A DNA stretch of 64,000 bases, taken from IMG/VR virus record IMGVR_UViG_3300012983_000037, positions 1 to 64,000 of that record. One strand, given 5' to 3'. Shown piece after piece: positions 57,601-64,000 of the stretch. Within the stretch, counting starts at the first letter, position 1; every line of letters starts with the position of its first letter. Source of the stretch: a virus. Taxonomy: Duplodnaviria; Caudoviricetes. Below the pieces are notes generated by a model that had not been told where the DNA came from, did not search any database, and was given only the letters and a program-made list of their open reading frames with translations. The position numbers and the translations under genes are program-made.

Positions 57601-60600
57601 TTAATTCTAAGATTAAGCATTGAGTACTCTCTCTCAGTTGGAATTCTATATGCAACCAATTCAAGAATACCAGGATATTCTTCCTCTATCTTAGGTTTAT
57701 AAACCCTACCATCTTCTGTTACATAAGCACGATAATTATTATATTCAGGATCAGACTCTTCTAGTATTCTACCTACTTTAAAAGTACCATCCGGATTACA
57801 ATAATCATCATACTCCAAATCAACTTCATCGCCAAACTTATCTGTAACTTTAAAAGCAAAAGGCATTACTGCCTCACACTTTATAGGCATATCTGTTTCA
57901 GGATCAGTTTCAAACTGTAGTCCCTCATCCAAGTAGTTAAGAGTAATATTAGCTCCTAATGAAGATGCTTGTACAATATTACCTCCGTGAATCTTCTGCT
58001 TTGATACAGTAGACTTAAAAAGACTAATGATTGTAGCAAAAGTATCCCTTTGAAGCATTGGATCCCAGAATGGGAGGTTTCTAGCCATTCTATCAATACT
58101 TGATAAATCACTTCTATCATTGTTAAGAATGTTCTTTGATAACTCCTTTAAAAGTCTATGAGGGTCTGAAATTAATCTTTTATACTCTTTATAACTTTTA
58201 AAGAAATTAGCACTTGTAAGAGCATTCCATAATGTAATAAGTTGTTTACCTGTAATTTTAACTTTTCTACCTCCTAAGGTATATTCATATTCAGATTCTG
58301 CATTAATACCTCCAAGGATAATCTTTCTTCCTTGAGTACCTACAAGAGTAGGTGCAACAGAATGGTCAGGAACATTAGTCTGAATTAAATATGTCTTTAA
58401 AGGACATTCATGAATAACTCCACTAAAGACTCTATTTATCTCATTACCTTTGTCATCTACTCCTACAGTTGTATAAGAAGTAATAGCTTTTCCTCTAGTA
58501 TCTGTAGCTATCTGAGCATTAAGCATATCAATAAGTGGTATAGCCCCACCCTCTGATGTAGATAGATTTTCTACAGCCCTTGATTTAAACTCTTTAGATC
58601 TTCTTTGTTCGCCTCTTGTAGGATTATCGACATAGTTACCATTCTCATCAACTCCTGGGATAATATTACCCTCAGCATCAATATACTGACCACTTGAATT
58701 GACTTTATATTGAATATCAATCTCACCAAACACTCCTTTCTTTCCACACTTATCTGAACATATCATATCAATTCCATGCTCTTCCATAAACTGTCCCATA
58801 ACTCTTAGTGCACTTCCCTTAGGGTATAATGCAGGAATTATAGGAATTTCAGCATACTTGTGTTGGAATGGGATTGCAGCAGACTTACCTGTTGAACCAT
58901 CAGTAGAGAATTGTTCAATTCCATTACATACAGGTTTTCTAGGTTGAAATACTACTGCTAATTCAGCAAGTTGAGCTACTTTAGCTGCAAGTTTTCCTTC
59001 AACTATTTCTTTCTTTCTATATGCTTCTCTATTATCTTCTAAGCTTCCTTCTTTAAGTGTAAACTTCTCAAAACTCTCAAGCTCTTTCTCTATAGCATAG
59101 ATTTCTTCAGAGATTTTTTGTACTTCATGATAAGCATCTTCCATCTCTTGAGTCCAGACCTTACCACAGAATGATAAGCCTATCTTTCTCCAAGAAGAAA
59201 AGCTTCTCCAACCCTGACCATCAGATATAGTATTTTGTTTATATACACCTTTATAATCATAATCAGTACCTTCAAATATCTTAGAAAGCATATCTTCATC
59301 CTGCTCAGAAAGAGCAGGTTTAATGTCATAAACATATACAACCTTTTGTTTAGGGTTTGAAGGGTCTTCCCATACAGGATTCATAGTCTTAGGATCAATA
59401 GCATCAGTAACAAGTTGAATACCATTTGTTAACTCTACCTTATTTCTCTTCTGCTGTTCTTTAGAATTAGCAAAGAACTTTGGTGAAATATCAACAATAG
59501 CAGTCTGATTCATTTGGGAGAATCTAAAGTTAAAATAAAAATCTCTCATTTTAGCTTTAAACGAATCTCTTAACTCAGGACTTATAGATAACTCCTCATC
59601 AGTATAAGATTCTATACCTTTACCAGAGATGTTAAATGTACCACTACTAATACCTAATTCTGCAAGTCTTACTTCATAGAAGTACTCAAATTCAGAATTT
59701 AGACACTCTCTAATCAAATCTTTAATTAGATTTTCGTCATAAGAGTCAGCAACTTCATCTAATCTCTTAGCCCAATAACCTGGTTCAGAAGGTTTCCATA
59801 CACCATCTTCTTTTATATGAGTTCTAAAGTTAGGATTGAAGAATCCACAGAATCCCATAAAATTAGGGTTCTTAGTGAATGTTTCTTTACCATTACCGCT
59901 AACAGGTAATCCCATATTATTAAGCTCAGTAGCCTTAAGGGATGTTCCTTTATCTACAGCGTAGAAGTCAAATATACCATCAATAATCTCATTAATATCA
60001 TAATGGAGAGATGTTACACCTCTAAGTGCTAAAGTATCACCAGTAATGAATGTAGGAATCATTATAGTTCTAATTCTTTCACTATCAAGAATAATACCAT
60101 CACTATCTTTATAGCTAGCTTTTGATGAATTCCTAACATAATAGTGAGTATTTTTACTTTCTTCTCCTATGAATCCAGCTATTTCAGAAGCATCGTCAAC
60201 AAAGACTACTTTACTTCCTGTGTAGAGGTTATTAAAATACATAGAAAGTATAGAAAGCATATGACCTTTATCAGAAATGTTCTCAAAATCTATATTATCC
60301 ATTCCTAGATTTCTAGACACTCTAAACCTCCTTCTAAAAGATCTTCCAGAATCAAGATTTAGAGAATCATATAGATCTTGAATCCATCTAACTTTAAATC
60401 TATAATTGTATATAGGGTTACCAGACTCGTCAACATCTTCAGTAATCTCACATAATGAAGAATCACCAGCATAGGTATCAATAAGAATCTGCTTTAATGT
60501 TTCAGCATCTGAAAAGTTACACTCCTTAATAAACTGAGTAAGCTGTGACATTTGAACATTAGCAGAAAGTGTTTTTGTCTTCTCGCCTGAATATGTTACC

Positions 60601-62360
60601 ATACCTGAAAGTCCTGCTCCATACTCATCAGTAGCTTCTACAATTTCTAGGATTCTTGTAAATGCTAACCTGCCTTTGTTTAATTCACCATCTTCAGATT
60701 CCTGGAAAAGTGATATAGCAGGTCTGTCTTTTCTACCATAATCATTTAAGAATTTACCTAAATCCTTCAAAGATTCAAGTAAAGTATGAAGCTGCAAAGA
60801 ATCAACAACAATAGATTGGATTTCATTATCATTCTTCTGTATTCCAAAGTATTGAAGAAGATGGTCAACAGCACGAATCTTCTGCTCTGTACTCTTCTTA
60901 TTAACAAAGTCAGTAATTGTAACTATAGAATTATCTTCTCCTCTTAGAATCAGTCTAACAAAGTCATTGTTAAATGATGCAATGTTCTTTCTGTTAGGTA
61001 CTAACATTCCTTTTTCCTCAGATGGTACAAAAACATTTGTATTCACCTCTTTCGGTCCGAAATCTTTTCTAGCCATCCTAGAAAGAAAAGAAGATACTCT
61101 TCTAGCGTTTCCTGATGCATTGAGATGGATCTCTGAAAATGTACCATCTTTATGTGACTCTGTATAGTAATAGTGAAGATAGTATCTTTTAAATGCAGTC
61201 ATAAAAGTAGTCTGAACCATAGGTCTTTTAAGAAGCTCATCATACAACTCTGCATATCTAGGGTCTTCACTTAATTTACTCATCATATCACTAAGAGTGA
61301 CACAACTATTAATAAGTCTAAGAAGTCTTCTAGCCTCAACTCTAGGATTTACAGTAATAGGAAAATAGTCAGTAACAATATTACCATTAGCATCTTTAAC
61401 TTCTGTAGTTAAAAGCATTGACTTCCTCTTAGGAACTTCTCTATGTCTGTATTTTATCTTACCATCTTCTTCATATACTTCATTAACAGCTTTTGTATCA
61501 GGAATTTGACCTAAGATATTATTAATAATAGATGAAAGTGAACCAGAAGGGTCAATAGAATCCATCATAATAGTCCATCTTTCTCTCTCTTCAGTTTCAA
61601 AGTCTATTTCAGTTTCCTCATCAACATGTATACTATCCTCATCATCTTCCTTATATACAATATTACTTTCTGGATTAAAGGTTCTTCCAAAAAGTTTCTT
61701 AATTTCAGCACTGTTTATAATACAAAGCTCTGTGAAGAATCCTGGATTAGAAGCTCTATCATCAGGATCTCCTAAAATTCTATATAGGAAATCTAACTTC
61801 TGTTGAAGCTCCTCCATACTCTCCTCTATATCATCATAACCAGCCTCTTTATCAGCTATATCTGCAAGAGTGTTAGCGAGTGCATCAGTATACACTTGTC
61901 TGATATATGAGAAAAGTCTGCTTATAGTGTACTTATCAATAAGTTCACCACCAGTCCATCCTTTATCAGCTGCTAACTGTCTTAAGATTCCTACAAATTC
62001 ACATTTGAAGGATTCTCGTTCTTCAGAAGAAAAGAATTGAGTAGTAACTGCATAAGCATATGCAGCTTTAGATCCTAAAGCCTCTCTTAGACTATCAAAG
62101 TCTTCCGCTGAGTCAACTCTAGCTCTATTAAATTCATTAATGAATATAGAAAGCCTTTTACCCATTATGTTTAGGTACTCACTTTTTTGTGCCTCGTTTA
62201 GACTAAAGTAATAGTCGTCACTAATTATAGGATTACCTAACCTAGTAGCCTCTTCGTTAAAAGCTTCAATATATACATTAATACCTCTGTCTGTTAAGCC
62301 CATAGCATTTGCAAGCGGTTTACAAATTCTGAACACTGGGCATCCTGCTTTAGTACTCAT
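54687..62360 (-). CDS. virion-packaged double-psi beta-barrel RNA polymerase
   Basis: Catalytic AGFDFDIDKLY, AYRIPT, SDGQGW, KRNK, LAASVDAVKEP; 2557 aa. Confidence 0.92.
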   Translation of the reverse strand: MSTKAGCPVFRICKPLANAMGLTDRGINVYIEAFNEEATRLGNPIISDDYYFSLNEAQKSEYLNIMGKRLSIFINEFNRARVDSAEDFDSLREALGSKAAYAYAVTTQFFSSEERESFKCEFVGILRQLAADKGWTGGELIDKYTISRLFSYIRQVYTDALANTLADIADKEAGYDDIEESMEELQQKLDFLYRILGDPDDRASNPGFFTELCIINSAEIKKLFGRTFNPESNIVYKEDDEDSIHVDEETEIDFETEERERWTIMMDSIDPSGSLSSIINNILGQIPDTKAVNEVYEEDGKIKYRHREVPKRKSMLLTTEVKDANGNIVTDYFPITVNPRVEARRLLRLINSCVTLSDMMSKLSEDPRYAELYDELLKRPMVQTTFMTAFKRYYLHYYYTESHKDGTFSEIHLNASGNARRVSSFLSRMARKDFGPKEVNTNVFVPSEEKGMLVPNRKNIASFNNDFVRLILRGEDNSIVTITDFVNKKSTEQKIRAVDHLLQYFGIQKNDNEIQSIVVDSLQLHTLLESLKDLGKFLNDYGRKDRPAISLFQESEDGELNKGRLAFTRILEIVEATDEYGAGLSGMVTYSGEKTKTLSANVQMSQLTQFIKECNFSDAETLKQILIDTYAGDSSLCEITEDVDESGNPIYNYRFKVRWIQDLYDSLNLDSGRSFRRRFRVSRNLGMDNIDFENISDKGHMLSILSMYFNNLYTGSKVVFVDDASEIAGFIGEESKNTHYYVRNSSKASYKDSDGIILDSERIRTIMIPTFITGDTLALRGVTSLHYDINEIIDGIFDFYAVDKGTSLKATELNNMGLPVSGNGKETFTKNPNFMGFCGFFNPNFRTHIKEDGVWKPSEPGYWAKRLDEVADSYDENLIKDLIRECLNSEFEYFYEVRLAELGISSGTFNISGKGIESYTDEELSISPELRDSFKAKMRDFYFNFRFSQMNQTAIVDISPKFFANSKEQQKRNKVELTNGIQLVTDAIDPKTMNPVWEDPSNPKQKVVYVYDIKPALSEQDEDMLSKIFEGTDYDYKGVYKQNTISDGQGWRSFSSWRKIGLSFCGKVWTQEMEDAYHEVQKISEEIYAIEKELESFEKFTLKEGSLEDNREAYRKKEIVEGKLAAKVAQLAELAVVFQPRKPVCNGIEQFSTDGSTGKSAAIPFQHKYAEIPIIPALYPKGSALRVMGQFMEEHGIDMICSDKCGKKGVFGEIDIQYKVNSSGQYIDAEGNIIPGVDENGNYVDNPTRGEQRRSKEFKSRAVENLSTSEGGAIPLIDMLNAQIATDTRGKAITSYTTVGVDDKGNEINRVFSGVIHECPLKTYLIQTNVPDHSVAPTLVGTQGRKIILGGINAESEYEYTLGGRKVKITGKQLITLWNALTSANFFKSYKEYKRLISDPHRLLKELSKNILNNDRSDLSSIDRMARNLPFWDPMLQRDTFATIISLFKSTVSKQKIHGGNIVQASSLGANITLNYLDEGLQFETDPETDMPIKCEAVMPFAFKVTDKFGDEVDLEYDDYCNPDGTFKVGRILEESDPEYNNYRAYVTEDGRVYKPKIEEEYPGILELVAYRIPTEREYSMLNLRIKRCCPKSGANYIQLPNICTTRAGFDFDIDKLYLVRRSFDSTISEYDTKKVWDKVFEENPEWASILTELRDTAPTEYLEGLKSKYEKRGLEIPKVIPLNMFWDRAVKLGKIKENKNDVFSRYADESTIKSTKFTVLDAFNADGSINFEKVFSGDVQKSDIDNLILDIMQARLSDPETAQSRFTAGGFEDTIIDAKFATIIQELDSDSPQVDNSSHTVDLSELSKKSVIETTPETSENLLFDDPYTSIAYNKLNQAAGKLIGIFANASANYFIQSKLKSMRMVGPRAIVFGSKVVKDGDVYKAVDENAGRDMLVVESMGKTTSQRLAELLAASVDAVKEPVLAYLNLNTVTADAAVVLVRMGYDTKDIGLLFNQPIIKEATTLMERDGITSLYTALDIVLKSHGMESMSKLTGKKAKPVNLKHMTREALAYNITKAAGSTEHYKTSQSEVVKVFYELMKVKEDFAALVQESRNTSSNSVKTDIGSHFADADRRQSHRVKDSSIAITVSDEYSGDVMPRVKMQIDSLEDRQGLFEMFADHPYAFEVIMYNLTADMFDTLIDQYTPFHEKTFSDAFATARLWSRYGSVSKDVYNDMASEITRLIIKDLNGDFNPFAEVDGITNFDRYVRGFDQFVEALSEDDLTALKRTELFNNIKISTVTEYTIDEDGRRTPHEYEVYNLSIPFNLTKEQKATIYNEWQTLFNAEYENEYGEVVKNVALQNFAKALFLHMYYLNGLSQSSNFSLSSVPMNVLEACLVDYTTGIGYIKFMDELRVESDETTSISKIMEGVNIFNVFGEFIKQHTDNSNYVFKVTEATKSLFVPTESTEKNVVTVGKDGLKLIVKTIKDGGGDRRIAMPYITIDGRLYELQGFKGGQNEYSCDVGKRTSLIYEEVINNIDSKVAAFSDVITKGSGGYIYGDVKSSGSAFSVSEVYTDDHIGEVEDESSEPTGPSSVFERLRRTTDIEKKSKEKGVC

Positions 62361-62394
62361 AAAATATTTTTAATGTATGTTGTAAATAATGTGG

Positions 62395-62425
62395 CAAATT
62401 TATCAATTGTTTTTTATAAAAACAA
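62395..62425 (-). promoter_or_regulatory. Bacteroidota promoter driving the RNAP operon
   Basis: On the minus strand: TTG, 20 nt spacer, TAAATTTG. Confidence 0.8.
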
Positions 62426-62445
62426 GGTTTTAAATGATTTTTTTA

Positions 62446-62472
62446 AGGGAGGATTATCTTTTAATCCTCCCT
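62446..62472 (-). terminator. hairpin downstream of thyX
   Basis: AGGGAGGATTA-n5-TAATCCTCCCT; poor U tract. Confidence 0.5.
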
Positions 62473-62501
62473 AATAAATAAATTATTTGGTAATTAAGAT
62501 T

Positions 62502-63365
62502 TTAGTTCTCATTACTTTCCTCAGGCATATCAAGATAACCTCTTTCGATAAATTCCTTATAAAGAGGAAGAGCAACTTTCTTAATATCTGGATGAGGTGC
62601 TCCTGTAGTTCCTAGTGCTCTAAGGTCAAAGAAGTGCTGCCAGTCATCAACAAATGCTGTAATAATTAACTCTGTTTTAACACCTGTTGGTAAGAAATAT
62701 CTAGCCTCTTGAGCTATATATCCTTTGTTAAGCCATTTAAAATAAATATCTTCAAACAACTTAACATCTTCTTCAAACTCCTCTTGGTCTTCTGGTTTAA
62801 TCCAATCAGGTTGAATGAAAGTAACAGATGCTCCAAACTTCTCTTTAAGATAATTACAATATCTAGTAGACTCTTGAGCAAAAGACATAACCTTATGTCT
62901 TACAGCTTCATGAGATACTCCTCTATCAATTGTAAATCTAACAGTAATTCTAGCATTCTCCTCTTCTTTAGTAGGGATATACCACCATCTCTTCATAAAT
63001 TCTTGTAGATTATTCTCAACAATAACTCTGAAGTTAGTGACAATAATAAGGTAAGGCTTATCCTCTCTAATAATCTCATACCACCTAGTCCATATATGCA
63101 TAGAAATAAGTAAACTAACTACTTCACTTACTTCCTTATTATTATGAACTCTATCAGCAGGAATGCCTAAGTAGACAGTTCCATGCTCTAACATAGCATT
63201 ATGCTGAGATTTAATCATCCTTTCTACAAATCCAGCTGCTACATCATTTGTAATCTCCTTCTCTGTTTTGTAGCAAGTATATCCACACTCTGTAATATGT
63301 TTCATCATACTTGCAATACTCCTATTAGGAGTAATAATCTTATAATCTGAACTAACTAATTTCAT
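62502..63365 (-). CDS. thyX: flavin-dependent thymidylate synthase
   Basis: H..MLEH, RGVSHEAVRHKVMSFAQESTRYCNY, QEARYFLP, FFDLR...HPD. Confidence 0.92.
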   Translation of the reverse strand: MKLVSSDYKIITPNRSIASMMKHITECGYTCYKTEKEITNDVAAGFVERMIKSQHNAMLEHGTVYLGIPADRVHNNKEVSEVVSLLISMHIWTRWYEIIREDKPYLIIVTNFRVIVENNLQEFMKRWWYIPTKEEENARITVRFTIDRGVSHEAVRHKVMSFAQESTRYCNYLKEKFGASVTFIQPDWIKPEDQEEFEEDVKLFEDIYFKWLNKGYIAQEARYFLPTGVKTELIITAFVDDWQHFFDLRALGTTGAPHPDIKKVALPLYKEFIERGYLDMPEESNEN

Positions 63366-63366
63366 A

Positions 63367-63516
63367 CTATTTCAATGGTACACAATCAATTATATCTTCA
63401 ATATCCCAGTATTCGTCTTTTACATACTCAATTGCATCTGACTTTGATGGTGCTGAGCACCATACATTAGTAATGTCACCATCTTCATCTCTGTAAGTTA
63501 CTTTCCACTTTTTCAT
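63367..63516 (-). CDS. small hypothetical protein (49 aa)
   Basis: MKKWKVTYRDEDGD...DCVPLK, coupled to both neighbours; not in the ORF track. Confidence 0.7.
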   Translation of the reverse strand: MKKWKVTYRDEDGDITNVWCSAPSKSDAIEYVKDEYWDIEDIIDCVPLK

Positions 63517-63818
63517 AATCGTACTTGTTTAAATTTTGATTCATATACTCTTTGTCTAAGACTTGGTTTAAGTGTAATAATATATCCTTTAGGATTATCT
63601 TCACTAAATCTTATATTTTCTACTTTATAAGGAGTAGACTGTAGTATTGAACCTACCTTAATCATAGGTCCTCCTGAAAGATCTAGTGCTATTATACTAT
63701 CACCATTCTTAATAACTCTTAAAGAGTTCTTAGTATGCAGCACATAATCATTATCTTTATACAGGATTAATTTATGTGCTATATTATAAGAACCTCTTAA
63801 TAATATGATTTTTCTCAT
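63513..63818 (-). CDS. hypothetical protein
   Basis: 101 aa, DLSGGPMIKVG motif. Confidence 0.7.
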   Translation of the reverse strand: MRKIILLRGSYNIAHKLILYKDNDYVLHTKNSLRVIKNGDSIIALDLSGGPMIKVGSILQSTPYKVENIRFSEDNPKGYIITLKPSLRQRVYESKFKQVRL

Positions 63819-64000
63819 TAAGAATCCTCCATAATTACAAGCTCATCAATATCCCAACCGTCATTACAAAATTTTCTGAACTCTCTCATTTCAGGAGTGT
63901 CTTCAGCAATTTCATCATATACAGAAGGGTCAGTCATCTTATCAACAACTATCTCTATAGTTTTAGAAATAGTGGCAGATACAAGGATTTCTTTAATTAC
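63818..64000 (-). CDS. partial hypothetical protein (3' end only)
   Basis: Frame ending GWDIDELVIMEDS with a TAATG overlap to the next gene. Confidence 0.55.
   Translation of the reverse strand, partial: VIKEILVSATISKTIEIVVDKMTDPSVYDEIAEDTPEMREFRKFCNDGWDIDELVIMEDS

Noticed and set aside
12702-62360. Introns or inteins in terL, MCP or RNAP
   Set aside because: The genes are uninterrupted and I saw no splicing or LAGLIDADG motifs.
41506-62360. Convergent orientation of the giant genes as a novel inversion
   Set aside because: A clean bidirectional terminator separates them, and oppositely transcribed genome halves are usual in crAss-like phages.
62880-62920. ThyX motif reads RHK instead of RHR
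   Set aside because: A conservative change with the other motifs intact; not enough to infer altered function.
6719-63008. Short ORFs nested in or antisense to long genes (for example 16047, 17297, 26782, 27602, 43806, 53588, 62709)
   Set aside because: They overlap well-supported genes and show no motifs or independent signals.
1-64000. Genome-wide TAG-to-Gln recoding
   Set aside because: Very long ORFs are intact in code 11, several genes end in TAG coupled to the next ATG, and no canonical CUA tRNA was found in the window.
1-64000. CRISPR array, DGR reverse transcriptase, integrase or invertase
   Set aside because: No regularly spaced repeats or matching protein motifs were seen.

Overview
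This window is about 64 kb of a lytic crAss-like phage genome (Crassvirales). The major capsid protein resembles, from memory, the phiCrAss001/Steigviridae type. A Bacteroidota host is inferred from ten TTG-N20-TAnnTTTG promoters. Layout, left to right: (1) minus-strand small genes, then a GC-hairpin/A-tract strand-switch region at about 700-1020; (2) an exonuclease, a Zn-peptidase and a modular GG-motif protein; (3) a CpG-richer accessory island at about 4.8-10.1 kb with 8 tRNA or tRNA-like genes, several structured non-coding tracts and an HNH nuclease gene interrupted by two in-frame TAG codons; (4) terminase, portal, endolysin, head-fibre-like genes, a GT2 glycosyltransferase and lysis genes; (5) an operon of unknown function with its own promoter; (6) scaffold, capsid, ring and muzzle genes; (7) cargo/ejection proteins converging on the minus-strand giant genes, including the virion RNA polymerase (DFDID motif); (8) thyX. 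The genome otherwise uses TAG as a true stop. The best leads are the amber-coded HNH gene, a duplicated covarying RNA motif placed just before tRNAs, a shared xxGG motif in candidate cargo proteins, and the operon at 22.0-25.1 kb. All homology calls come from motif reading and memory, not from searches.
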